Both the position numbers and the translations under genes were made by a program. A model generated the notes under the pieces. The model was not told the origin of the DNA, searched no databases, and saw only the letters and a program-made list of their open reading frames with translations. From Rhynchobatus australiae (taxonomy: Eukaryota), in contig JAUZTB010000017.1 in the NCBI GenBank assembly GCA_034780895.1, forward strand, positions 28,450,486-28,514,485: a stretch of 64,000 nt of DNA, given 5' to 3'. The stretch's first letter is position 1; every line of letters starts with the position of its first letter. Shown piece after piece: positions 25,431 to 38,370 of this stretch.

Positions 25431-27248
25431 GGTATTGCCTTTCGTTCCTTTGCCAGTCATCCCCAAATCTATGCCTCTAGTTACCCTTATTTCTACAACT
25501 GGAAAAACACCTGCTCTGGTGTGGTGATCCTGTAACATATCTGCAGAGAGATCCATTCACAAGTTCTAGATACTGAAAGGATCATAAAAACTGAAGTTAC
25601 GTGCAATTGAATGTAATCATAAAAAGCTAAATTATTACACAACAATTCTAAAAAAAAGTACCATGGGATAAGAGTCCACAGTGTATAATAGATTATTGAT
25701 TACTTGTAATTGAAGCAAGCAATTTTTCCACTCATTCCAATCTGCAAAGCACAAGTCAGGAATATGTAGGAATACCCTCCATGTCTGATGACTGCAACTC
25801 TGTCTACATTCAAAGAGTTAAATACTGTCCTCAACAAAGCAGTCTGCTTCATCACCATCGCATCCACTACACTGAGCATTTGGTCCCTCCGCTATCAGCC
25901 CACTCTGCCTGCAGTGAGTGCCATGTACAATGAATGTTGCAGTAATTCACCAAGGCCTCTTTGACAGCACCTCCCAAATCCAAAACCTTTACAAAGGGAC
26001 AAGACCAAAACATACATGAGAATGGCACCACAAAGTTCCCCTTCAGGTTGTACCTGATCCTGTCTTGAAAATAGATTTCTCTGCCATTCAGTTAAAAGGC
26101 AGTGAAGGTCCCTTCATCCCATGTAGTTCAGAAGAAGGCCAGCAGGGTCTTTCTCAATGTCAGTCAAGAGTGGGCAATAAATGCTGGCTTTTCCAGCAGT
26201 GTTCAATTCCTCTCAACCATTCATAGAATGTAAGCATATGGACATGAGAAGAACCTTTTTTTAAGTTCTGGTTTGTTTTAAAGATCTTGGTGCCAAAAAT
26301 TCACAGCCCTCCTGGACAATACTTGTGGTAATTTTTGTGAGGTTCCAGCAGAAGGTTTGTAAATGAGGTCAGGCCCCTGTTAGAATAGTGCGTTACCCTA
26401 ATTTAAACAAAATCCAAGGCCAAGTATAGCAGGACATAGATTTCCATGAGTTTCCTCATCCCTAGCCTTGAAGGACTTTGTCAGCTAGTAAGCCAAGTGA
26501 AAATGGTTGTACCAGCCTCTGTCATCAATGTGATATCTGCCTGATCCAAGAACAGTGATGAAGCTTAGATCCCCTTAAGTTTGCAATCTTCTATACTATC
26601 ATGTAATGTTTGTAGGGGTAGGTCTCTGGTCGTGCAGGTGCTTGGCTGGGTCATGATTGATCTCTGCAATCCCACAAATTGCAGGTGAAACCAGTGCTTT
26701 TTATATTCTCAAGGAAGCAGTAACTTACCCTTCCCAGAAAGTGAGGCTTGATATATGAGTATCTTTTTCTGTTTGGTTTAGAAGTAAAAACTGATAGACT
26801 CAGTGTACTGGTTCCTCAATCTCCTCTCATAACTTTGCTGGGCAATTGACAGAAATCTCTGTGAAGTTTCCACTTCTTCAAGGCTTCTGCCAAATTTACT
26901 GTAGGAGATCAGAAAACTCCCAGTAGAAATGGTTGTTTTTGATCCTTTTCCATTTTGCCATCAAAGCATTGGATAGTTGCCACATCAAACCTCTTGGGAA
27001 AACACTGCTACAGAGACCACAGGAGCTAAAACTGACAGTGCAAAGACTTAGATCAGAAGTATTGAAAGGGGATTAGACTGTGGAAGTTAGGTACTTACAT
27101 GCCTGGCATGCAATGAATCCTAACTTGAGATTCTTAAATGCACTAAACCAAGGATTGGGAACTTCATAGTTACTGGATGGGTTGTTATATAACCTTTCCT
27201 CACACCAAGACACAAGTGAAGCAAGGCTTAGTCCAGTAGTCCAGAGGC

Positions 27249-27745
27249 AACGTTTCAGGTCCATGACTTTTCCTTAGAAAGTCTGATCAAAAGTCATGAA
27301 CCTGAAAGTTTAATTCTAATTCTCTTTCCTTAGATGCTGCCTGACCTGCTGACATTTCAAGCATTGTCTTTATAATTTCTCTTTCCAACATTGCTATATT
27401 CTGCTTATATCGGGTACTTTGAATAGTACTGGTAGATAGCTCAGAGCTTTTCAGTAAAGAGCAGTAGTGTCCTTTTGATGGCCTGATGAGCGTTTATCTC
27501 TCAACCAACATCAATAAAGGGGTTTATGAAATAGAAACAGAAAGTGCTGGAAACAATCAGCAGATCAGACTGCACCTATGGAAAGAAAATCAGAGGAAGA
27601 AAAATATACACTGTTTGTCAGAACTCAACAGTTCTGACAATGAGTATATGATTTGAAACATTAATTCTGCTTCCATGAATCCCCCCTGAATGTTTCCAGC
27701 ATTTTCTGTTTTTGTTTCAGATTTCCAACATCTGCAATATTTGTT
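27249..27745. repeat. Two fold-back pairs of Penelope-type repeats
   Basis: Inverted arms 27253-27271 and 27289-27307 (18/19 match). A perfect 11-bp inverted repeat at 27615-27625/27630-27640 centres a larger degenerate palindrome (about 27530-27740). Confidence 0.7.
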
Positions 27746-28404
27746 TATATTTCAATCTAGTTGTTTAATTTCTGTTTTGAGAGATATGCTGCTGCCTTGT
27801 TTCTTCACATCAATGCCTTAGTCACAGCTCAAAGCACCAAGCCGGCCCTTTCAGGGACAATGATGTTCTTTTGTCGGGATCTCTTAAGGCCATTTGTCAT
27901 GATCGAGTTCTGTCATCTTCCTCTGATGCCCCTCTTTCATCAAGCTCTATAGAACTGTGGTTGCCTCATTCCATTCCTACTGATATATTTCCAGCAATGG
28001 TTTCTCTTTCAGACCTGGACTACTTTTCCAAAATCCTCCAGGGATCTAACCTGCACTTATTGATCTATATTATAGTGTTATTTGAGGTATTGTGTTAGCT
28101 CCCATGTGTCTGCTGCATCTGAGTCTTTTCTCTCTGGTATTTATCTCAACACGTGAATGCCCCTATACTGTCAGACTTCTTTTCCTGCATCAGATCAGTT
28201 ATTCTACATTTTTCTCCAGCACACTCAAAAGAAGATTGGAACTATCATCATTTCTCTGCAGGCTAAACTGCACGCCTTTACAATTGACATTATAGCCAAC
28301 TCTAGTCAAGTTATTACACTGAATAGGATGGATTATAATCTTAGCATTTTGCTACATGTGATTTGTGTTTTATTAACCACCCCCCCCCACCCCCACTCCC
28401 TATT

Positions 28405-28940
28405 AGAGTTATAGAGTCATAATAATACAGCACGGATAAAGGCCCTTTGGCCCAACCAGTCCATGCCGACCATGATGTCCACCCAGCTAGTCCCAATTTC
28501 CTGCAATCGGCCCACATCCCTCAAAGCCCCACCTTCCATGTACCAAGTGCTTCTTAAATGATACTATTGTACCTGCCTCAACTACTTTCTCTGGCAGCTC
28601 GTTCCATATACTCACCACCCTCTGCATGATAAAGTTGCCCCTCAGGTCACTTTTAAATCTTTCCCCTCTCACCCAAAATCTATGCCCCCTTCGCTGGGGA
28701 AAAGACTGTTACCATCCACCTTATTTATGCCTCTCATAATTTTTAACATTTCTGTAAGGTTGCCTCTCATTCTCCTACGTTCCAAGGATTAAAGACCTAG
28801 CCTGGACAACTTCTCCCTATAATTCAGGCCCTCTAGTCCTGACAACAGCCTCATAAATCTTCTCTGTATTCTTTCTAGTTTAAGCAAGTCTTTCCTATAA
28901 CAGGGTGACCAAAACTGTGCACAGTACTCCAAGTGTGTCC
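28405..28940 (-). mobile_element. CR1-type LINE 3' fragment
   Basis: Minus-strand remnant RGERFKSDLRGNFIMQRVVSIWNELPEKVVEAGTIVSFKKHL. Confidence 0.85.
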
Positions 28941-31900
28941 TCCTATTGCTAGAACTGTTCCCCGCCACCTATTGACCACCTCAACTCTTAGTTCAGCCCT
29001 CTGTTGCCAAAAATCATGTGACCTGTATTACTTCTGGACTTGTCCATTTCAGTTCCTCTGTATTGCCCTCCCAGTCACCTCCCCCCCTGAATTTTACTTC
29101 ATGATATTTGTAGCCTGGGTAGTGAAAGAACATTTAACTGCCTCCATCCTTCTGTCTGGAATTGTCATCTTACATTTTTCCCTTCTTTCAGCTGTAAAAT
29201 CCCTTTAAATATTCTTAAATTTTAAAATGATGTAAAAATCCAAATTACAGCTATCAGATCATTTTAGTCACCACGTGTGTACTAGAACCACCTCAACCCC
29301 AATAGCCCTTACATACTCCCATGTGGAATCTTTATTAGTTCTCTAACTACTAAATAGATTTGAGCCATTATTAAGCAATCATTAAAGGAAAATGAAAACA
29401 ATATCGCTGCCATAAATGGTGAGCAACAAATGATGGCCTTTTCACAGAAGCCCATAAAATGAAATCAAAATATTTTCAAACATTGNNNNNNNNNNCCCAA
29501 TGTATACATGTATTTATTAAACTATTGGTTTTAGAGTAGCAAAATAAATAATTTTGAAAGTGATATTCCTGTCTTCATGAAATTTCAAAAAGATCAAAGA
29601 TAAGTGATTAAAAGTTGATCAGTGAAGAAAGCTCATCCCCAAATGACCCAGAGAGATAGTTATCACTACTGGTGCAATTAAGGAATTTACTTTTTTTGTC
29701 AATCAAGTGGTTAATATAACTGGAAACCCTTTCTCTTATTTAAGGCAGAGTTCATTATTTAGCTGCAACGTAGGCAGTAAAAACAAGTAGTTGTGTAAAT
29801 CCAGAGAGAAGACTAGGGAAAATCTAAAGTATTGAGAAGTAAGACCTAATGCTGGCATGAAAAGAAGGGAGGCTAATTCAGCTTCCATCAGAAATTAGGT
29901 GTGATCTTGAGATAAAAGTACTCAAGAATTAGGAGCAGGAATATGCTTTGCGATTCCCTTAAGGTTGCTTAACCATTTGGGAAAGTCATGGCTGTACTTT
30001 TACATAAACTCTGCTTCCTACCTTATTTACTTATCCTTTGATTCCTTTGTGCCCCCCCAAAAAATTACCTTTCTTTGAGCAATTCACTGACTGAGCTTCT
30101 GTGGCTCCCTAGGGTAAAGAATTCAAATAAATTCACCAAACCTCTATCCCAAGTGACTAACTCCTTCAGCAGTTGCTTCAACACTTTCCTTTAGTGCAAC
30201 TGCCAATTTTTTTCAGATGCACCACCTGGTTTACTGCAAGCTTCTGTCAGTGAGTGTGCTTTGCTCATATATGTAATAATAGCTAATTATTTACACTTTA
30301 CACCAACTGGTGGATAAAGTCTTGGAATGTGATCTCAAAGCACCAATAAAAATACCCTNNNNNNNNNNNNNNNNTATTAATGTTGCCAGTCAACATGATG
30401 TAAACTTTATATTATTTTTAAAAAGCCATTGTATAGAAAAGCATACCTGTCAGCTCACCAGGGGGTCTTTTTTATTTGTACAAATTTATTTATTCCAACT
30501 CTATCTTCTTGGTATTTGCACCAGAGAAAAGGCATGTGTGTGGATAAATTTAAAATTATTGTACATGGGTGGTAATTGGCTGCAGTTTATCATTTGTGCA
30601 AGCTGAATACATTTCTCAAGAAATATGTATTTCAAAATCTGTTTCTACAATTTAATTAAGGATTTATTCGGTAGTTTAAAACAAAAATTGTGTCTGGCTT
30701 TAAGAGTCATTGATCCCATTCATGGCCATACAGTTGTCATACCTTTTGATAGAGTTGACTTGCACTGCCTCATATCTACTTTTATGTTCATGTAATGTGG
30801 GATATATAAAAATGCATCCTTTAAGGAAAACCAAAATTTCTAACATACAAAAGACAAAGATTAATCTAAATGAAAGCAGATCACTGCAGACCGCAATTCA
30901 GTCTTTACTTTCTTCAAACTAAGAACAAACATCGTTTTATGTCTACATATGATCTCAATTAAGACCCTTGATTGCCTAAAGCAATACTTTTACTTTCTGA
31001 CAAATTTTAGCTAACTGTCAGGAGATAACGAGGAAAGAATTGACGTGAATGCTCCTGATTGACGTTCCTTTGCCAAATGTCTTTAGATAAATGCAATCAT
31101 TACCTGTATGTGATAGTAATATAACAACAATTTAAGGCTCTGGTAGACCATTTATTTGAGCCATACAATTGCCACCAGATTTCCAAGATGTTTTATAGAT
31201 CTAATATAAATGAATCCTGTCTGCTGACAGGAATTATTCAGAGCTCTTTTTGAGCTCTTTGTGATAATCTGTTCCACATTCCTATCATCCCCTATTCTTT
31301 TGTTTGAATTTCCCATTCCGATTTGTCTATTTAAATGCCTGTACAATGGTCATAAGTCTTACATTGTCAAATACTCCAAACTAATCTTCTGACACTCTTG
31401 GAAATTATATTCCATTACTAGAACAGAGTAATCACATGATGCTATGGACCAATCTCCACACTATTAATCTTCTGCTCTGTGCATTTTACCCACCCTGTTC
31501 AGCTCCATTCTCCAACAAGCTCTCCATTACTTCTTTAGCTCTGCTCCCCTTTCCTTGTTTATCGTGCCCTCTGTTAGTGCTCCAATTCTGATTCTGATTC
31601 CTTCCTTGTTCAGTCTTCTTTTGAGGCAGTCACTCCAGTCCAGTTTTGGGGGTTCTGAGGTGGCTAATGAGGCCAATGTGGGACTTGGAGGATCTTCCAC
31701 AGATGGGGCAAGAGGTGGCTGATGGGGGAAATAGGTGGGAAGTTTGTGAGGTGATGCACCCCTTCTACTGCCTGTGTAAGGCTTCTGTGCTCTCCCAATG
31801 CATGGCCTCATTCCATCCTGAATGCTCCTCCTTCACTCTGAGTGGTCATGGGCCAGAGGTTCCCAGAAGTCACTGAATACTGTGTGTTGCAATCTTGCCC

Positions 31901-34047
31901 ACCTGGCAGAACTGAAAGCAGAGTGTCTGTTTTGGGAGCCTGCTGTCAGGAACGTGAACAATGTGGCCAGCCCCAAATATCCAGTTGAGAGTAACTAGGG
32001 CCTCAGCGCTGGAGTTGTTAGCTTGGGAAAGGATCCTGATATTGGTTCACTTATACTTTTAGTGAATCTGGAGGACTTTGTGGAAACAGTTTTTGGGAAT
32101 GCTTTATGAAGGCACAATTGAAATCCCATTTACCTGCACCTTCCAGAGAATATGCCCCTCCTCATGGATCTCCCCCTTAACCTAGCTGTCCTCTTGAAAT
32201 TATATGTACAAAACAGGTGAAATCTTCAAAAGCAAATAGTAAAGAAAACAATAGGATACTGACTCACAGATAGCAAGAAATACTTTATATTTGTTCCTGA
32301 GTGATGCCAAAGAAGATATTTTACATAATGGGTACATAAAGGTCTTCCAAAAACTGAACCGCACTCTGGGTCTATTATCACATTCATTGTCTGGATCTCT
32401 CTAACAGAGGATGTTAACCATGCATTATTCACAATAAAGTTGACAGGTGCACAAGAGCTATTAAAAAGAACAAATCTGTTTCATCTGGTTATTAATTGGG
32501 GGTAGCCTGGAGGAATGCATGCACAACTTTCAAGGTCATTAATATCAAAGTAATTTAGCTGAAAATGATAAACTGCCTCTATCAATTTCTGTTGCAATAT
32601 GTTGGCGTGAAAGAAGCTGTAGTGATGTAAATTGCATATGCAGACTTCCATACATACATCTCCCTTCCCCACATCATCTTTAAATTGTATGTCTTAAACA
32701 AAAGGCTTCATTTGCTAAATATGCAAAATGCAAATTTCTGAATTTTGGTATTTGGTTATGAATGTTCAGTGGGAAGGATTTACTTAATTCCAGTAATTAC
32801 ATTTTCTCCATGATGTTAGCAAAAGTTGGTTCTGTCAATATAATTTAGGCAATCTTCCAACAAAATGTGAAGACTGTAAATAACAAATCTCTAGCCAAAC
32901 AAACATCTGTAAATACTGGATGGACATCAACCCTTGGTTACCAAGCTGCAGTTCTCAGTAAGGACTACTGGCTGGCTCTTAAACACACTGGCTCTGAAAA
33001 TGCTCAGGATGTACCACAGCAGTTGTGCTGGAATCATGCAAATGTACAAATTAGGTTCAGAAGTTGACCACTTGGCCCCTCAAACCTGCTTCACCATTTA
33101 ATAAGATCATAACTGATCTGATTGCAACCTCATGCTTGACAGTGCCCTCCCATATTAACTCTGCTGGAATGTTTGTGATTACTGGTAAGGTAACGGAGCC
33201 AGCAGGCTATTGCAACACAACTAGTATTACCCTGCTGGAAACTTGAGCAACAGCAGCTAACTCATCCTCACTAGAGAAACCTCTTTGGCACTTCTTTCAG
33301 TGCTCTTAACCTCAAAGCTAATAATTTGAAAATGCATTTTAACTATTCGTATTTTCAGAGTGTGCCGAGTAATTTCTTAGCTGTTTGTCTTCTGGCATTT
33401 TACCTTACTGGGAAATCTGGCTTCCAGATGTTGTCCTGTAAGAGATGGAAGGAGACTCTGCCTCATTTAAAAGTTGTGTGGGAAAGCCCATATTGAACAG
33501 GATGCAGCATATACATATAACTGCTTGGGTTGTTCTATTAGACATGATAGTTCAGGTTTATGGATGAACTGCCATATAAATCTGGCTGCTGAAAATCAAA
33601 CAAAAATATGGGTGCTGTTATTGCTAAAGACTTGCTGTGAATTTTAATGAATATGTTAGAAACCACACAAAAATGTAGTCTACAGTGGATCTTTCGTTGT
33701 CATTCATGTGGTAACAACATTATCCATGGCAGAAATGGTGGGATATATTCAGAATGAGTTTTATGAATTATAAGTCTCAAAACAGGGCTCATTATTTTGC
33801 AATTTGAATTATACTTGTTGATTCATTTGTTCAGCTATTCATCTCCTCTTGTGAGAATAAAAGAGAGAAGATATCACTTCACATATTGGTGCCCTCTGAT
33901 TACAAAAAGAACAAGAATTTTCCTGGATAAACTTGCAGAGAGTGCATTTTGTATGACAGACTCCTTTGAATTTGTTGCACTATAACCATAAATACCTATG
34001 CTGGTTTTCTCTCCTGATTGTATAATGCAGATGTTTTTATATTTTAG

Positions 34048-34193
34048 GTTGGGATTGTTTTACACTACTCCACTCTCTCTACAATTTTCTGGATTTGTGT
34101 CACTGCCAGAAATATTTACAAGCAAGTGACCAAGAAGGTGCCTCAGTACCACAATGCTGACCAACCATCACACTCCCAACAACCAATGCTGCG
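34048..34193 (+). CDS. ADGRA1: ADGRA1 coding exon (TM3-ICL2): [48 protein letters not shown](R)
   Basis: Acceptor atattttag|GTT and donor CTGCG|gtaagg; 146 nt. Contains the family [17 protein letters not shown] motif. Confidence 0.95.
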
Positions 34194-34819
34194 GTAAGGA
34201 ATAAGCATATCATATTCTTCTGAGAAGCTAAAAGCATTTGTATTGGTGATGCAGAGCAGAATATTTCCAGAATATAAATGTAGTTAATGTAGAGCTTGAC
34301 ATCTGAAAGACACTTCCGATAAGAATGTTGCTTCATTTGCTTCTGTGCATTTTGTACCTTTTAATTCATTATTTTCTATCCATCGATGTGTTCTTCTGCT
34401 CATCATGCTGCAGCGTAAATGCCTTCAAGCTGTTGCGACAACTTATTATTTGCAATGGGGTGTTAATTTTGGTTCATCAAGATTAAAGGTTCTTCTTCAT
34501 TAGAGAAAGGACCTGTAATCTTATTCAGCTCTTTGCTGCACTTTCTCATTCCCACCGTGGCTGTTGAATGTTTATTATTTTTTATTTTCATTTACTGAGA
34601 TTTTTAATACAATTCTATTTACACTGATGCTCCTTAGCATTTCCAGTTATCTCTGGATCCCAGTGGGTTTCACTGGCATATACTTACTGATTTTTTTTTT
34701 TATTTTCAAAGCATCAGTCATACCAGATTCTGAGACATTTGCTGTACTGTAGCAAATGCTGTCTTATTTGAGGAATGCAGATTCAGATTTGCTCCAGTTT
34801 CGAACCCTACTGTCACCTA

Positions 34820-35180
34820 ATAGACAATAGGAGCAGAAGTAGACCATTCGGCCCTTAGAGTCTGCACTGCCATTTTGAGATCATGGCTGATCCTCAACAA
34901 TCAANNNNNNNNNNNNNNNNNNNNNNNNNNNNNNNNNNNNNNNNNNNNNNNNNNNNNNNNNNNNNNNNNNNNNNNNNNNNNNNNNNNNNNNNNNNNNNNN
35001 NNNNCACGGCCTGCCATTCTGAGAAACATCCATTCACCCCTACCCTTTGTTTCCTATCTGCCAACCAGTTTTCTATCCATGCTAATACCCTCCCCCCAAT
35101 TCCATGAGCCCTAATTTTACCCACCAATCCTGTGCGGCACCTTATCAAATGCCTTCTGAAAGTCGAGGTACACAACATAT
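34820..35180 (-). mobile_element. CR1-type LINE (RT piece and 3' end separated by a gap)
   Basis: Remnant KIRAHGIGGRVLAWIENWLADRKQRVGVNGCFSEWQAV. Confidence 0.85.
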
Positions 35181-35849
35181 TGGATTTAACCTCACTGTTT
35201 TTCACTTTGTTAAGTACATTAACAATATCACCATTGCAACAGTTGCTTTGAAATTCTGAAATCATACACAATCTGATGTTATAGTTGCACCATTATGTAG
35301 CATTTTATAGGTTATAGACAATGAGTAGGATATAATCTAGGCTTTGTTTTTGATAAATAACTAAAATGCTACATAAAAGTTAGGCACCTGTGTTTATTTT
35401 GATAGTTGGATATGTACTTTCTACATTCTTGAAAGACAAAGGAAGATATTATAATTTTAAATTCATCTTGCTGCATTTCTATTTTAAATCATTGGTAGTC
35501 ATTCCACATTTTACCTAATTTGAGTTTAATTCTATTCCTTTGTACTTTATAATTTTCTAATTTTTGGGAGTTATAGGAACAGCTTTTATCTTTTATTCTT
35601 GCCATAAAGTAAAATAGATCCCAGTGGAGAAGCTTAGGGGAAAGTAAGTTAACCAATCACAATCATTTAGATAACATATTTCAGTGTTACTGTTACTAAT
35701 GTATTTGCTTAACTATGTTTCAATTGATGCCTCCACTAAAGGGCAATTAAAATCAAGGAATTAAGTTTATTCAAAATAATTCTGCTAAATCACAGCTAAT
35801 ATTTGCTCAAAAGTACAAACTTAAAACATAAGCAATGGAACCTGGTCTG

Positions 35850-36075
35850 GATGGTTCAGCAATGGTGCCTGGAATACACTGCTGGAGGTGGTGGTAGAGG
35901 CTGATACATTAGACACATTTAAAGGACTCTTAGGTAGGCACACAGAAGAAAGAAAAATGGGTTATGGGCTGTGTAGAAGGGGAAAGGTTAGATTGATCAT
36001 GGAGGAGGCGTTTATATAGGTCAGCACAACATCGTGGGCCAAAGGGCTTGTACTGCACTGTACTGTTCCGTGTTC
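35850..36075 (+). mobile_element. CR1-type LINE 3' end
   Basis: gcctggaatacactgctggaggtggtggtagaggc...cagcacaacatcgtgggccaaagggc...tgtactgttc. Confidence 0.75.
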
Positions 36076-37718
36076 AATATCGATTTTAGGTTAATTTCAC
36101 ATATACCATATTTGCTATTGATAAAGTATGGGAAGCAGAAATTTTGTCAAGAATATTTGTATTCAAAGTTTGGCACTCATTTACATTCTTTATTCACTCT
36201 CGTGCATACACCATCAGTACTGACCATGGCCAGTGTGCTAATTTTACAGGTGAATTGAATTTTCCAATGTGAAAGCTTCCCTTTCATAATATGTTGTTCT
36301 TCATCTTCTACTTATGGCATCAATTGTAATTTCTCACTTGCTGCCATGTGAGAAAGAGAAGCAGCTGCACCTGTAAGTTGCTTGAATTTTAGTTCAGTTT
36401 TATTCAATTCTTACTTTTAGATTGTCATAGATTGTAGTTAAAATATCAGACATACCCTATCATACTATTTAAATCTGAGTTTCAGGAAGTGATTCTCCAC
36501 CACCAATATTCATGGATTGTGCCTCTGATTACTGTTCATGCACCATAATCCTGTGCATTTATCATTTTCAGATATATTCAGTGTCAAGCAGACAAAAATG
36601 AATAGGTCCAATCAAAACATGAATGACCAAGAACATATCCTCTCAAATGCTTGAATTCATAAAGCACTCAGTGACTATCCTTTCTCAACTGCTGTTCTTG
36701 CTATCATTCACATAGAAAAATCCTCAAAGAAATATTGGAGACTTTGATTATATAGGACAAGCAAAAATTTAAGATTGAGATACTTGATCCATTTCATAAA
36801 CAACTCAAATTCTCCATATGGAGGAGATTGACAGCACTGCCGTGACACTCTCTTGGCACCAGTACATTTCTTTCAGGGTCAAGAGAACTGATTTTTGCAA
36901 ATGAAGTGCAATTATTCCATTATAGGAGGGGAAAGTGGCAGAAAAACTGCAATACTACCATGCAGAGATTCTGCATCTTGAGCTCAGCAGGGTCACCTTT
37001 GGGAGAAAGGATTTGTAAACAATGAATATTCACTTCTGCCAAAACTGCCCACTGCTTAAGGATCACTTTAGAAGTAAAAAAAAATGACATTCCTTGCATC
37101 TACTACAACCCCTGTCCTTTCCTGTTCTGACCAATGTGCTGTTGGTGATGCTGCTATTTAGCTGTCATTTGCACTTTCTCATTCTTCCTTTCCTTAAAAA
37201 GCCAAACTTTACTGCAGTTCATATCTACAAATTCCTAACACTCCTTTTCTCCCTCCTGTGCCTTTACCAATCTTCTGCTTGTTCACCCAATTTATACTAA
37301 AATGACTGCCTGGATTCTCCACTTGAGCTAATTTTGCAACTGAATTTCTATGCTGCATCCCTTTACCATCTTCAGGATCTGCTCTCCTTCCCTCAGAAAA
37401 CTACTGTCCATTCTACTGTACTCTAACTACCATCCTATCCCCAGTGCTTTTTTGTTCCTCTCAATAGTCTATATACACTTGATTGCCTCTCAGGTCCCTG
37501 CCCATCTTTGCTGGAGATCTCTTGAATTTACTTGGTAATGTTTTTTGGCCAAATCATAGCACGAAAGTTGCATAACCAAAATCACTAGTGACATTCCATC
37601 AAAATCCAAATAATGAGGNNNNNNNNNNNNNNNNNNNNNNNNNNNNNNNNNNNNNNNNNNNNNNNNNNNNNNNNNNNNNNNNNNNNNNNNNNNNNNNNNN
37701 NNNNNNNNNNNNNNNNNN

Positions 37719-38370
37719 GTCCATAGGACGCTCAAAGCAGCTGCACAGGTTGACTCTGTGGTTAAGAAGGCATATGGTGTATTGTCCTTCATCAACCACG
37801 GAATTGAATTTAGGAGCCCAGAGGTATTGCTGCAGCTGTGTAGGACCCTGGTCAGACCCCACTTGGAGTACTGTGCTCAGTTCTAGTCACCCCACTACAG
37901 AAAGGATACAGAGGAGATTTATGAGGATGCTGTCTGGATTGGGAAGCACGCCTTATGAAAACAGGTTGAGTGAATTCGGCCTTTTCTCCTTGGAGCGATG
38001 GAGGATGAGGGGTGACCTAATAGAGTGTATAAGATGATGAGAGGCATTGATCGTGTGGAATATCAGAGGCTTTTTCCCAGCACTGAAATGGTTGCCACAA
38101 GAGGACACAGGTTTAAGATGCTGGGGAGTAGGTACAGAGGAGGTGTCAGGGGTAAGTTATTTTACTCAGAAAGCGGTGAGTGTGTGGAATGGGCTGCCGG
38201 CAACGGTGGTGGAGGCGGATATGGTCTTTTAGGAGACTTTTGGATAGGTACATGGAGCTTAGAAAAATAGAGGGCTATGGGTAAGCCTAGTAATTTCTAA
38301 AGTAGGGATATGTTTGGCACAGCTTTATGGGCTGAAGGGCCTGAATTGTGCTGTAGGGTTTCTATGTTTT
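37719..38370 (+). mobile_element. CR1-type LINE 3' portion
   Basis: Remnants LVRPHLEYCAQF, ERIQRRFMRML..LFSLERWRMRGDLIE and FTQKAVSVWNGLPATVVEA, with frameshifts. Confidence 0.9.
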
